64,000 nucleotides of DNA from a virus, in IMG/VR virus record IMGVR_UViG_3300046543_000082, positions 1-64,000 of that record; one strand, 5' to 3'. Below are positions 25,747 to 35,333 of the stretch, one piece after another. The notes beneath the pieces are model-generated. The model saw only the letters and a list, made by a program, of their open reading frames with translations. It searched no databases and had not been told where the DNA came from. The stretch's first letter is position 1, and each line of letters begins with the position of its first letter. The position numbers and the translations under genes are program-made.

Positions 25747-26727
25747 TCAGCCGTTCGTGTCGAAAATCGCGCCTTGGGCGTGCTCGTTGCCCAGTTCCAG
25801 CGTGTATTCGACGAGCAGTTCCTTCTTGTCCGAGTCACCCGTCTTTGCGAGCGGGATCGTCTGGAACGGGCGCAGGTACGCGACGCGCACGTAGTTCGGG
25901 TTGATGCCGAACACGTCGCCCGAGTGCGCCAAGAAGATGTCCGGGATGATCTTCACGTCGCCGAAGTCCGACTGGTAGATATCGACGGCGGTCTTCAGCG
26001 TCTTGTCTTCCACTTCGATGAAGCGCGTTCCCGGACCGGCGAAGGCCGAGATGTTCTGCTTGTTCGTCGGCGAGACCAGCATGTACTCGGGGCAGTCGCC
26101 GGACGACGAGAACACCTTCTGGATCATCGACTTGACCATTGCTTCGGTGATGGCCACGGTCGTGCCGTTGTAGGTGCGCGTGTTCGTGCCGTCGGTCCAG
26201 CCGTTCGAAGCCAGCGCCGGGTTCGCGCCCGACGGCGAGCCGCCCGTCTGGAACACGACGTTGGTCGTCAGGAAGGCCGGCAAGCCAGCGGAATTGCGCG
26301 CGACCGACGACGAACCGGCGCTCTTCGCCTGGTTGTAGGTCAGAATGCCTTCCATGTCGCGCTTCATTTCCTTCGACTTCTTGAGCAACTGGTAGCCCAT
26401 CTTGTTCGAGCCACCGGCAGCGACGACAGCCTGCGACGTGCCCGAGATCTGGACGACCTTCGTCGAGATCTGCGTGTTGTTGCCGATACGAGCCGTCGGC
26501 GTGAGCGTCTGAGCGGTCGGATCATCGCCTTCGATGGCCGCATTGCTCAGGTTCTGCGCGTCGAGCTTGTCGGTGTTCCACTCGTGATTCGTCTGCTTCG
26601 CTTCCGTCTTCTTGCACATGTTCAGGAAGGGCGTTTTAAACGGATCAACGTTGTAGATTGCGTTGATCAGGTCTTCGCGGATGTTCTTCTGCGTGTAGAC
26701 CTGGAAGGTATTTGCAGGTACGGACAT
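25747..26727 (-). CDS. Major capsid protein (DUF5309/SU10-like)
   Basis: REDL...IY.VDP..TPF, HEW.TD.L, LAKTGDS.K...EYTLE. Confidence 0.9.
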   Translation of the reverse strand: MSVPANTFQVYTQKNIREDLINAIYNVDPFKTPFLNMCKKTEAKQTNHEWNTDKLDAQNLSNAAIEGDDPTAQTLTPTARIGNNTQISTKVVQISGTSQAVVAAGGSNKMGYQLLKKSKEMKRDMEGILTYNQAKSAGSSSVARNSAGLPAFLTTNVVFQTGGSPSGANPALASNGWTDGTNTRTYNGTTVAITEAMVKSMIQKVFSSSGDCPEYMLVSPTNKQNISAFAGPGTRFIEVEDKTLKTAVDIYQSDFGDVKIIPDIFLAHSGDVFGINPNYVRVAYLRPFQTIPLAKTGDSDKKELLVEYTLELGNEHAQGAIFDTNG

Positions 26728-26745
26728 TTTTAACTCCGGTATGGT

Positions 26746-27810
26746 TTAACCAAGCAAATCGAAGACAGCCGCTTGTGCGTCCATGTCTCTCGGGTTGCGG
26801 TTGAATCGTTCAAGAGCGGCCTGACGGCGCGTCTCGTTGGGGTTCGAATCCACCCGTGATCCCGGTTTCGCCACCACGGGCGCTTGCCGGACCTGCTTCA
26901 GTGCTTGGGGCTTCGATGCTTGGAGCGCCTGATAACGCGCCGCGTCGTGCAGAATTCGCATGTAGCGGTGGTCGTAGATCTGGTTCAACTCGGCATCCTG
27001 GAAGCCCAGACTGCGGGCGTACTGCGACATTGCATTTCGGTCTTGCGTGAAAACTTCGGTGTTGCGCCATTCGGGAATGACGCTGACGAGCTTCTCGCGC
27101 TCGCTGGCAATGGCTTGCTGCAATCCCTGCTGGTGCCGCTCGGCTTCCTGATGGGCTTGCTGCTGCACTGCCGACAGATAGTTCTGGATCTGGCCTTGGC
27201 GCTGCTGGAACTCGGTGTTCAGCGCGGCGAACTCAGCCGGGTTCTGCGCGCGGAGAGCGTTCCAATCGATCGTCTGGTATTCGTGCGTCAGCATCTGCAT
27301 CGCGAGATTGCCGAGCGCGCTGTTCTGCTGGATTTGCTGCTGGAAAAGCGTGCGCGCGGCCGTGCGCTCTTGATCGAACTGCGTGCGCTGGTTCGAAAGG
27401 TCGATCGACTTGTTGTTGACGTGACCTTCGAGCTGGTACGACTTGAGCACGTCCTGCAGCGGAACCTGCGTTTCAACGCCGTCGATCTTGGTCGTGACGT
27501 GCAAGTTCATGACCGATTCGGGATCGACCTTCATCGAGGTTAGAAGCTCGTCGAGGCTTTTGTATGCCGGCGCTTCTTCCTGCGCCGCTTCCTTGGCTTC
27601 GGGTGCTTCGGTGTTCTCTTGGGCTTGGCGTTGCTCGCCGTCGTCTACAGCGCGGTTCTCGTCCGTGGACGACGCATGATCCTGTCCGCCTTCCTCGCGC
27701 GGAGGAATGCCCTTCGGATCGAATGCGCCCGAATCCCACAAGCCTTGGAACTGGTCTTCACCGCTCGACTCAACGCCCATGGATTGGGTGGTTGCAACGA
27801 CATCGCTCAT
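26746..27810 (-). CDS. Scaffolding protein
   Basis: Acidic coiled coil, KIDGVE..V.L..., between portal and capsid. Confidence 0.8.
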   Translation of the reverse strand: MSDVVATTQSMGVESSGEDQFQGLWDSGAFDPKGIPPREEGGQDHASSTDENRAVDDGEQRQAQENTEAPEAKEAAQEEAPAYKSLDELLTSMKVDPESVMNLHVTTKIDGVETQVPLQDVLKSYQLEGHVNNKSIDLSNQRTQFDQERTAARTLFQQQIQQNSALGNLAMQMLTHEYQTIDWNALRAQNPAEFAALNTEFQQRQGQIQNYLSAVQQQAHQEAERHQQGLQQAIASEREKLVSVIPEWRNTEVFTQDRNAMSQYARSLGFQDAELNQIYDHRYMRILHDAARYQALQASKPQALKQVRQAPVVAKPGSRVDSNPNETRRQAALERFNRNPRDMDAQAAVFDLLG

Positions 27811-27824
27811 TTGCTGGCCTCAAT

Positions 27825-27849
27825 GAAAAAGGCCACCCGAAGGTGGCCT
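27825..27849 (-). terminator. Intrinsic terminator
   Basis: AGGCCACC-TTCG-GGTGGCCT-TTTT on minus strand. Confidence 0.75.
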
Positions 27850-27868
27850 GTGTGGAAAGTGGTGTTGG

Positions 27869-28150
27869 TTATCCGAAAATCTTGAACCGCTTCTTCGCTT
27901 CTTCCTGCTGCGTCACCTGAAACTGTGCGATCTCGCCCGTCTGCTTGATCTGCTCGAAATACGATTCGAGCGTGTTCCACAGTTGCAGGACCGTGATCAG
28001 CCGCGTATGCATGATCTGGTCGGAGAGCGGGACCGCTTCCATCTGGCGCTGAATTCCTTCGAGCACGGCTTTCTTTGCCTCGACGAAGATCGGCGCATCG
28101 AGAACCTGTGCGGCATGACCGCCACGGACGATTTCTTCGTCATTGCCCAC
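27869..28150 (-). CDS. Small head-assembly protein
   Basis: Typical position after portal. Confidence 0.7.
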   Translation of the reverse strand: MGNDEEIVRGGHAAQVLDAPIFVEAKKAVLEGIQRQMEAVPLSDQIMHTRLITVLQLWNTLESYFEQIKQTGEIAQFQVTQQEEAKKRFKIFG

Positions 28151-30356
28151 GCTGCACCTCGCTCACGTCGTGATTGACCATCTGGCCGGCGTCGGCCGCC
28201 GCGTTCTGCTTCAACTGCGACGCGACGATCTGGCCGATGATCTTCACGACCGTCTGCCATTCCTGCGACTGGATCTGTGCGACCTGAATGTCGCGGTCTG
28301 CGCCGCCCTGCTGCGCCGCGTGCATCAGTTCGGCCTGCGCCTTCAGTTGCGCCGAGCGCTCGCCAGCCTGCGCCTGGATCAGATCGCCCAGGAGGCGGTT
28401 GTTCTCCGTCGCCTGCTTGCTCTGAGTTTGCATCTGCACCGTCTGCGCGCGCTGCCCTTCCGACTGGGCCTTGATCTGCGCGACCTGAACGTGCGGATCG
28501 GGCGGCGCATGCTGCTTCTGCTGCATCGCCTGCTGGTATTCCTGCGAGTCCGGGTCCATCGCGAATTCAGACGGGTTCTCGAAGCCGAGCAGGTGCGACA
28601 CCTTGCGGAACGTGTTGTAGGCTTGCTTCGGGCCAACCAGACCGAACACGGCCAGTTCCTTCTGCGCCTGACCCAGCAGCATCACGTTCGCGCGCGCTTC
28701 CTCGCGGTTGCCCGAGCCGAGGCCGACGTTGATCACCAGTTCGGACCGCTCGCGCCACTCAGCCGGATTCGTCGACAGCCATTGCTTGTTGGTCAGCATG
28801 ACCGTCATCTCTTCGTCCTGATGCCGGCGCAAGAGATTGTGGATCTTCTGGAACACGTCTTTGACGCCCTCAGCGAGCAGCCGCGCGACCAGTTCGACCT
28901 TGGCTGCCGCCGCCGACATCGAAGCCAACTGGCCGCCCTTGGTGACGTCCTGCAACGCATCTGCGTCGACGCCCATCGTGTCCTTGCCGATGCCTGTTCG
29001 CATCTCGCGCTGCAAGTCGCAGTACTCCATCGCCGGCAGGATCTGCGCCATCAGGTTCGACGGCTGCACAAACGGCATGATGTTGTCACCGATCGGCCCG
29101 TCGACGCGGATAATCCCGCCCGGACGCGACACAAGCAAGTCCTGCACGTTCACGTTGCGCCAGTTCACCGCGGTGCGCTGGTTGTTCGAAATGTAGATGT
29201 TGTCGAGCGCCTGGCGAAACAGCGTCGTCTTGCTGACCTGCAGATCGTTCAACAGGTCGTAGTAGCTGATGCCCACGTGCCTATGCGGCATGCGGATCGG
29301 CGAGCAGTACGAGAACGAGCCTTCCTCGATCTCCTCGTTTTCGAGGATCTTGTCGCCGCCCACCACCACGCGCCGAAACTCGGCGATGCCGTCGCCGTCG
29401 AAGTCGACGCGGATGTAGTTCGTCCGCACGTCGATCATCTGGCTGGCCGGATCGCTCGGATTCTCTTCCGAAAGTTGGTCGGTGACTTCGTTCCGCGCCA
29501 GCGAGATCAGGTCGAGCCATTCCGGCCGCGCCACGGTGATGGCGTCGATCATGTCCTTGTCGAAGCCCAGTTCCTTCGCCTCGGTGCGCGACATCGTGCG
29601 CATGTGCTGCGTGAATGGAGATTCGTCCAGACCGTGCCGAGCCTGCGGAGACACGCGCATTTCCTCGGGCGGAACACACTCGACCTTGACGCATCCTTTC
29701 TTCGACGTGCGCCGGATCTTGATGTCGAACGATGTCGACTGCTGGGGCGGCCCGCCCATCGGGTTCGTGATGATGTCGATCGTCTCTTTCTGCTCGAGAA
29801 CCTCGATCTCATCCTTCGTCTGAAGCAGCATAGCTACTTCGTTCTCGTTCAGGCCGGTGTACGACTCGACGCTCGTCTTGGTCTTCTTCACCCAATACGA
29901 GTTGACGTAGCCGTTGCGCAGCAGCAGCGCGTCCTTGAACATGTCGTGCAGGATGAAGAAGCCGGGGTTCTGCTTCATGAACACCCAGTTGACGACTTCC
30001 GTTTCCTGCTCGGCCTGTTCCTCGTCGCCCGGCGCTTCCGGATCGAACTGCACCGGCTTGCCCGAGCCGACGAACATGCGCATCAGCGTCGGCATGATCC
30101 ACTCGACCGTATCGCGCAACTCAGGCAGCACGATCTGCGAGCGATCCTCGACCTCGTTGCCCATCGGGCGGCCGAAATAGGCGTTCAGCGCGTTGTAGCG
30201 GTCGATCTCAAGCGTGGTCATCGTCTGACCGGCCGGCTTGATGTTGCCGCCGACAGACGGGCCGGCAGCGACGGACGAGCCGAGGGACGAGCGTTCGTAC
30301 TGCCCGATCAGCCCGAGCAATTCGTCGTCCGACATGCCCTTCTTCGTCTCAGCCAT
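28140..30356 (-). CDS. Portal protein
   Basis: RS..V..E.RDTVEW.MP.LMR.F, KDALL..NG, VPPEE, INVGLG.G; start MAETKK. Confidence 0.9.
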   Translation of the reverse strand: MAETKKGMSDDELLGLIGQYERSSLGSSVAAGPSVGGNIKPAGQTMTTLEIDRYNALNAYFGRPMGNEVEDRSQIVLPELRDTVEWIMPTLMRMFVGSGKPVQFDPEAPGDEEQAEQETEVVNWVFMKQNPGFFILHDMFKDALLLRNGYVNSYWVKKTKTSVESYTGLNENEVAMLLQTKDEIEVLEQKETIDIITNPMGGPPQQSTSFDIKIRRTSKKGCVKVECVPPEEMRVSPQARHGLDESPFTQHMRTMSRTEAKELGFDKDMIDAITVARPEWLDLISLARNEVTDQLSEENPSDPASQMIDVRTNYIRVDFDGDGIAEFRRVVVGGDKILENEEIEEGSFSYCSPIRMPHRHVGISYYDLLNDLQVSKTTLFRQALDNIYISNNQRTAVNWRNVNVQDLLVSRPGGIIRVDGPIGDNIMPFVQPSNLMAQILPAMEYCDLQREMRTGIGKDTMGVDADALQDVTKGGQLASMSAAAAKVELVARLLAEGVKDVFQKIHNLLRRHQDEEMTVMLTNKQWLSTNPAEWRERSELVINVGLGSGNREEARANVMLLGQAQKELAVFGLVGPKQAYNTFRKVSHLLGFENPSEFAMDPDSQEYQQAMQQKQHAPPDPHVQVAQIKAQSEGQRAQTVQMQTQSKQATENNRLLGDLIQAQAGERSAQLKAQAELMHAAQQGGADRDIQVAQIQSQEWQTVVKIIGQIVASQLKQNAAADAGQMVNHDVSEVQRGQ

Positions 30357-30528
30357 TTGCGTCCTTGGGTTTCGGGCCGGGTTTGCGGGCCTCAATGCGT
30401 TCGATGCGGAGTTCAAGCTGTGCGATGTACGCGAGCAGTTCGACGCGCGTCATGCCGCCGAGACCTTGCTCAAGCGTATTGATGCGATGTTCGAGAACCG
30501 CGACTTTCGCGTTCAGCGCAATGCTCAT
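30349..30528 (-). CDS. 59-aa coiled-coil protein
   Basis: GAGG RBS; MSIALNAKVAVLEHRI...RKPGPKPK. Confidence 0.6.
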   Translation of the reverse strand: MSIALNAKVAVLEHRINTLEQGLGGMTRVELLAYIAQLELRIERIEARKPGPKPKDANG

Positions 30529-30593
30529 TTCGTTTTTCGCCTCATTTTGGGCAGTTCATTTCTTCCAGACCCGCGGGCGTCGCGCGGAATCTG

Positions 30594-31907
30594 CTACGCG
30601 ATCGACAATTTCGGGTAATTGATGGGCTTCATCTCGACCGGTTCCTGCCACGCGATGCACATCAGGCCGAAGCCGTCTGCGCTGTGGCTTGACCAGTCGT
30701 GATCAGGACCGAGGCCGATGCCGCGCTCAAGGTCACGCTTCTCGTGATACCAACCGAGCGCCGAGCGTCCTGCCTCAGTCGTCACGTCGTTGAACCGGAT
30801 CTGCGGGAACAGCACGCGCGCGCGCTCGATACGAGCCATCGCAGCGCCCTTGCCCTGATTCGGCACGACCGTGACGCTGTAGCCAGCCTTCCTCAGCGCC
30901 GACTCATACGACACGTCGTACACCTTGTCCTGCGTCGAGCCGTCGTGCGGCAGCCATATCTGCGCCCTGGACGGCTCGTAACCCTGCGACCGTGCCCAGG
31001 CAAGGTGAGCGTCGACGGGCTGCCCTACGGCCTCGTAGTGGTTCACAACGCGCACTTCGCGCCCGATGAACTGCGCCGCCCAAATGGCGAACGCGTCAGC
31101 CTTGGCGCCTGTCCCGCCGATGTCGCAGAACAGCCGAATCGTCATCAGCGGATCAGCCGGGAAGAATCCGATGCGTCCTTCTTCCTTCGCCTTCTGAAGA
31201 TGCTTGGCGAAGTACGCGCCCTCAAGCGCTGTGACGAAGCCGCCTTCCCAGATGTGGTCGTACTGCTCAGGCCGCTCTTCGAGATCGCGCTGCCTGTCGC
31301 GCTCAAGCTTGGCCGGGAACTTCGGATTGTCGCGCCAGTTCAGCACAACAATCTTGATGCGCGGATCGTTGCTGTTGACCGTGAAACGCTTCTCGACCGG
31401 CGCCGTCTTGCGCTTCGGGTTCCATGTGATCCACAACTCTGCGTTCCAGCCCTCGCCTTCCTCACGCAGCGTCGGAATCAGCGTCGTCCAGGCTTCGTCT
31501 GTGACCGGCTCGGCCTCGTCCACCCAGCAGACCAGAATCCGGCCTTTCGACTTGATGCTGGCGATGTTCCGATCCAAGCCCGCGAACACGAACGAGATTC
31601 GCCCGTCGCGGCTCCTGATGTACCGATCGCCGATCTCGTAATACGACTTCAGGAACGGCTCGTCCTCGATCGCGCGCTTGCATTCCTCAAGCGACGAGTC
31701 TTCGAGCGAGTTCATGTACTGCCGACCGCACAGCAGAATGCCGCTGATGCCGGACATACCGAAGATGTAGCCCTTCACGGCCACCATCTTGGCGAAACTG
31801 CGCGTCTTGGCCGAGCCGCGACCACCCTTGGCGCCGCGCACGTCGGCCTCGCCCTCGAAGACTGGAATTAGCTTCTCGGGGAGCGCGATATGCGCCGTTG
31901 CGCTCAC
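30594..31907 (-). CDS. terL: Terminase large subunit (PBSX-like)
   Basis: GGRGSAKT Walker A, WVDEAE Walker B, LPHDG, HDWSSH.AD. Confidence 0.95.
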   Translation of the reverse strand: MSATAHIALPEKLIPVFEGEADVRGAKGGRGSAKTRSFAKMVAVKGYIFGMSGISGILLCGRQYMNSLEDSSLEECKRAIEDEPFLKSYYEIGDRYIRSRDGRISFVFAGLDRNIASIKSKGRILVCWVDEAEPVTDEAWTTLIPTLREEGEGWNAELWITWNPKRKTAPVEKRFTVNSNDPRIKIVVLNWRDNPKFPAKLERDRQRDLEERPEQYDHIWEGGFVTALEGAYFAKHLQKAKEEGRIGFFPADPLMTIRLFCDIGGTGAKADAFAIWAAQFIGREVRVVNHYEAVGQPVDAHLAWARSQGYEPSRAQIWLPHDGSTQDKVYDVSYESALRKAGYSVTVVPNQGKGAAMARIERARVLFPQIRFNDVTTEAGRSALGWYHEKRDLERGIGLGPDHDWSSHSADGFGLMCIAWQEPVEMKPINYPKLSIA

Positions 31908-32245
31908 TGTTCGCCCTTCAGCGCGACCAGCGTTACCTGAGTGACTGTCTCGATCGGGCCACCGTTCGGGCCGCTTGCCTCGACCGGCTGCACCGGCTTG
32001 CCGTATCCGCGCTCAATGATCGCCATCGCTGCGGAGAGCTTGTTCCGCTCGTTCTCGCCTTCCATCATGATGGACTCGATCACCGCGAGCGCTGCGGGCG
32101 TTCTGCCCTTACAGGCTGCGATCAGATCAAGCTCTTCTGCGGTGCGCTTCGGCCGGCCGCCCGGATTGCCTGATACGCCCTTTTTGAACGCAGTTTTCGG
32201 TGCGGCTCGCTTTGGCTTGTCTGTTACCTTTCTGTTTTGAGGCAT
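31904..32245 (-). CDS. Terminase small subunit candidate (DUF5681-like)
   Basis: FKKGVSGNPGGRPK and RGYGKP; upstream of terL. Confidence 0.8.
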   Translation of the reverse strand: MPQNRKVTDKPKRAAPKTAFKKGVSGNPGGRPKRTAEELDLIAACKGRTPAALAVIESIMMEGENERNKLSAAMAIIERGYGKPVQPVEASGPNGGPIETVTQVTLVALKGEQ

Positions 32246-32376
32246 ATCGAGCCGCGTCCTTTCGGGTAGCGCTCCAGTTTCAACAGGTGCTTAATTTCGT
32301 TCTGAGGTATCCCATCGCGACGATCAGCCCGCACAGAACGAGCGCGGCTATCAGTCGGATGAGGGCTTTCCACATT

Positions 32377-32562
32377 TCAATCGCTGCCCATCTTTTCCCA
32401 AGCGTCGTGACTTGCCGGGTGCCGTGCGTCGCTCGTGCGCTTGTTCGTTGCGGTGCGCTCGCCGCGCTCGGGCATCTTCTTCCCAGTGGGTGCTTTGGCG
32501 GCAGGCATAGCCTCGGCCTTCGGTGCGGCCATCATGGGCTTGCGGGTGCTGAACTTGGCCAT
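32377..32562 (-). CDS. Small basic hypothetical protein
   Basis: 61-aa ORF with GGA RBS early in late operon. Confidence 0.5.
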   Translation of the reverse strand: MAKFSTRKPMMAAPKAEAMPAAKAPTGKKMPERGERTATNKRTSDARHPASHDAWEKMGSD

Positions 32563-32666
32563 TGCGGTTCCAGTAGGGTTAGAAGTGCTTCTCGTGCGGA
32601 TTGCAGCAGGTCGTCCCGAGCGGGATCAGCCTTGAGCACCAGAAACAGCGATACATTTCTGGCTCC

Positions 32667-32741
32667 AAATAAAAACGCCCGCGCGTGGCGGGCAAACCCT
32701 GCGGAGGAGAATCGCAGGGGGAGGAGGCAAAAACTCAATCT
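32667..32741 (-). ncRNA. Candidate PR'-tR' small RNA with two CUCCUCC anti-SD motifs
   Basis: Promoter, hairpin with C-rich loop, terminator GCCCGC/GCGGGC plus T-run. Confidence 0.55.
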
Positions 32742-32747
32742 AGCAAA

Positions 32748-32776
32748 ATTGTACGTTTTAAGAGGGTATGTGTGAA
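32748..32776 (-). promoter_or_regulatory. Late promoter PR'
   Basis: TTCACA-17 bp-TACAAT downstream of the Q-like gene. Confidence 0.7.
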
Positions 32777-32801
32777 CTAGCGAGACGTGAACGTTAGATG
32801 T

Positions 32802-32996
32802 TCACACTGACTCTTTGATATCCCATAGGTAGTTCGACATATCTTGAACGCTGTCAAGTTCGCTTTCTAGCGCGCCTTTGAGTTCTGCTGCGGATTCGGA
32901 AAACTCGCTACCGAGAGTCGCCTTCTCGATTTCCGACCTCAGCAGCATCGAATATCGAATCAGCTTCCCAGCAATCTCACGCGTGTTGTAGCTCAT
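32802..32996 (-). CDS. Hypothetical protein
   Basis: GAGG RBS; start MSYNTRE. Confidence 0.55.
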   Translation of the reverse strand: MSYNTREIAGKLIRYSMLLRSEIEKATLGSEFSESAAELKGALESELDSVQDMSNYLWDIKESV

Positions 32997-33384
32997 TTTC
33001 TTCCTCACGCTCTGCCACAGGTTGGCCTTCCATCATAGCCCGATATGCGCGGTGCGCCTCAGCGCGGAACGTGCGGAGCAGCCGATAGAAGTATGAGGTC
33101 GAGAATCCCATCTCGTGCGCGATCGCCTTGATGTTCTTGGCGCGGTGCAGGTAGAAGAGATAGAAGATGAACTTCGACTGGCTTTCCTTCTGAGCGAGAA
33201 CTGACAAGTTGAAGTAGCTCAGGTTCGCGCTCAGCAGCGCGTCAGGCACTTCGCCGCCTCCAGATGGTCCGCGCATACGTGCGAGGATGTTGGCAGGCAC
33301 AGGAGGCGCGAATAGGCGCCGGGAACGATGCCATTCGGCCCAGCGGAGGCAGAACAGGTGCAATTCTTGGTTTTCTTCGGTCAT
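32977..33384 (-). CDS. Late antiterminator Q-like protein
   Basis: RWAEW N-terminus, C-terminal HTH, position before PR'. Confidence 0.6.
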   Translation of the reverse strand: MTEENQELHLFCLRWAEWHRSRRLFAPPVPANILARMRGPSGGGEVPDALLSANLSYFNLSVLAQKESQSKFIFYLFYLHRAKNIKAIAHEMGFSTSYFYRLLRTFRAEAHRAYRAMMEGQPVAEREEENELQHA

Positions 33385-33659
33385 TTTCTACCCCCGTAAA
33401 GTCGTTCGATCGTCGCCGCTAGGCAATCTAGTTCGCTTACTTTCACCACTTCCCACATGCGGCGCTGGCCGTGGATTCCGTTGAAGCTTCCCTGATGACA
33501 GTCTTTGCAGAGAGGAATCACGCAGAATCCTGGGCTTTTCCTTCCTGGCGTGCGGCCGGCGAGGATGTGATGCGCATCGCTCGGGCCATGCGTGCCGCAT
33601 ACTGCGCAGTCGAGTTCCTTCACGCGCGCAATGTGAAGTCGTTCGGCTGCGGCGGTCAT
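33381..33659 (-). CDS. Ref/DUF968-like His-Cys nuclease
   Basis: C..CG....AHHI...VIPLC..CHQG..GIHG. Confidence 0.75.
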   Translation of the reverse strand: MTAAAERLHIARVKELDCAVCGTHGPSDAHHILAGRTPGRKSPGFCVIPLCKDCHQGSFNGIHGQRRMWEVVKVSELDCLAATIERLYGGRK

Positions 33660-34057
33660 CCCTCGCTCCCGGAAAACCTCACCTCGTTGTCCGCTGCCCA
33701 TGCCGTCACATATTCAATCAGGCTGTTCAGCCGCTTCACGCCCATCTGCGCCGACGATTCCCGAATATTCACGAACTCGCCTTCCAAGCCTGGGACGATA
33801 TCGGCGCCCAGCCCAGTCGCCACGGCGTGACCAGAGATAAAGATCACCTTCCATTCTGCGGGGGTACGCCTCTTGCCGTGAAAACCTATTTGCCTAGCGA
33901 TGTCGGTGAACATGGCGTGAAGCTTGGCGTTTTGATCCAGCGTGCGCGTCTTGGGCTTCACTTCCACCACATAACCGGCCGGCGCTCGCGTAACCGCTCT
34001 GACAGCCATCTGACGAGCGGTATCGTGCACGAGCGAGAAGAACTGGCGGTCGCTCAT
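33656..34057 (-). CDS. ninB: NinB-family recombination protein
   Basis: RTLDQNAKLHAMF.DIARQ, VPGL.GEFV..R.SSA.M. Confidence 0.85.
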   Translation of the reverse strand: MSDRQFFSLVHDTARQMAVRAVTRAPAGYVVEVKPKTRTLDQNAKLHAMFTDIARQIGFHGKRRTPAEWKVIFISGHAVATGLGADIVPGLEGEFVNIRESSAQMGVKRLNSLIEYVTAWAADNEVRFSGSEG

Positions 34058-34266
34058 GTCGGCTCCTGCATCGCCATCCGAGTAGGCCATTTCGCCTGAA
34101 GGAAACGCTGGCCTTCTTCCTTCCCGTATCCGTAGGCGGTTCGAAGCCTGTCCTTTTCCTCGTATGGCAGTCCATTCCAGTTCATGAAATTGAGGAAGTG
34201 CTCGAACAGGCAATCTGTCGTGTGCGAATATTTCCCCGGTTCAGCGCAGCCAGCGCAATCAGTCAT
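34054..34266 (-). CDS. Hypothetical nin-region protein
   Basis: ATGA-coupled ORF. Confidence 0.6.
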   Translation of the reverse strand: MTDCAGCAEPGKYSHTTDCLFEHFLNFMNWNGLPYEEKDRLRTAYGYGKEEGQRFLQAKWPTRMAMQEPT

Positions 34267-34439
34267 TCCGCCTTCTCCTCAAGCACGCGAATCTCAACTG
34301 CCGGCCCGTGCGCCTCAAGCAGCGCGACCTGCGCCGCCAGCCATGTCTGCCAGTGCTTTTCCTTCACCGACGCCAGAAGGCAGCCGCCGGCTTCACGATA
34401 AAACTTCTCGAATTGCTCTCTTCCATTTAACGCGCTCAT
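34263..34439 (-). CDS. Hypothetical nin-region protein
   Basis: GGAG RBS; SALNGREQFEK..W..W.AA. Confidence 0.6.
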   Translation of the reverse strand: MSALNGREQFEKFYREAGGCLLASVKEKHWQTWLAAQVALLEAHGPAVEIRVLEEKAE

Positions 34440-34648
34440 TTCTGCTCCTCTGTAAGACCACGCCAACGGTCCATTTCGTAGATGATCGGCGCACGAAGCA
34501 TGTCGCGGTCGCTCAGCCGAAAGTCGCCAAGTTTCCAGTAGTAGCGGCGGTTCTTTTCGTCCGCTCCGTTCTGGTAAATAATCTCCACGTCGTACCAACC
34601 CTCTCGGATTGGCGGTGTAGCGCATGGAATCCATTCGGTAAGGTTCAT
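34436..34648 (-). CDS. Hypothetical nin-region protein
   Basis: LTEWIP....P.REG.Y.V...WRGL. Confidence 0.7.
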   Translation of the reverse strand: MNLTEWIPCATPPIREGWYDVEIIYQNGADEKNRRYYWKLGDFRLSDRDMLRAPIIYEMDRWRGLTEEQK

Positions 34649-34727
34649 TTCTGCTCCGGTGCGGGCTTGGTCCAGTCACGGCGTTTCACGCCCATGACGG
34701 CGAAGTACGGATCGAAAGTGTCGGGAA

Positions 34728-35333
34728 TCATGCTGCCTCCTCGAAATCGCGCAAAGACATGGACTGCTGGTACACGCGGCTTTCGTAGCGCCCTTTGATT
34801 GGTTTTGGCGGTTCCGCATCCAGAATCTGCGCCATCGCGACGGCAAAAACGTTGCTAACCAATTTCCCTTCCTTCATCCGTTGCTTGATCCAGCGGCGAC
34901 GGTTGTATTCCTTACTCGTCTTGGCTGCGGGGCGCACGGCATCAGGTTTGTTGCCCCATGCGTAGACAGCCAAATAGGGGCCCGCCGTCCGGGTTCGGAT
35001 CCATTCCGCGACGTGAATCTCTGCACGGTTACGCGATGCCTTCAGGAGTTCGCCTGCATGCTTGACATGGCATGAGTACTTGGCTACCACGTCGAGAGAC
35101 GACATGGACGCGCCGGATTTCATCTCGCGATGCACGAGCGAAAGGATCGTCGAACGAGCATGCTCGTCTATCTTTCTGTTTCCAGAGATGCCGAGCGCCT
35201 GGGCGTGAAGCACAATCGCCCGCTCACCGCGATTCGGCAGGCGATGAAATCCTTCCTTGACCGGGCGCGAGCTCGCCCAAATTTCACGAAGGATCGCGTT
35301 TTCTTCTTCGCTCCAAAGCTTATGCTTGCTCAT
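34728..35333 (-). CDS. Putative DNA-binding protein
   Basis: WSEEE.AILR repeat-like start; VYAWG..PD...P. Confidence 0.65.
   Translation of the reverse strand: MSKHKLWSEEENAILREIWASSRPVKEGFHRLPNRGERAIVLHAQALGISGNRKIDEHARSTILSLVHREMKSGASMSSLDVVAKYSCHVKHAGELLKASRNRAEIHVAEWIRTRTAGPYLAVYAWGNKPDAVRPAAKTSKEYNRRRWIKQRMKEGKLVSNVFAVAMAQILDAEPPKPIKGRYESRVYQQSMSLRDFEEAA

Noticed and set aside
25714-25749. Stop read-through fusing the capsid to the 781-aa protein
   Set aside because: In frame, but a second stop (TAA) lies in the 33-nt gap and the ORF has its own RBS
28143-30482. Long plus-strand ORFs opposite portal, terminase, capsid and tail genes
   Set aside because: Antisense shadows of high-GC codon bias, with no RBS or motifs
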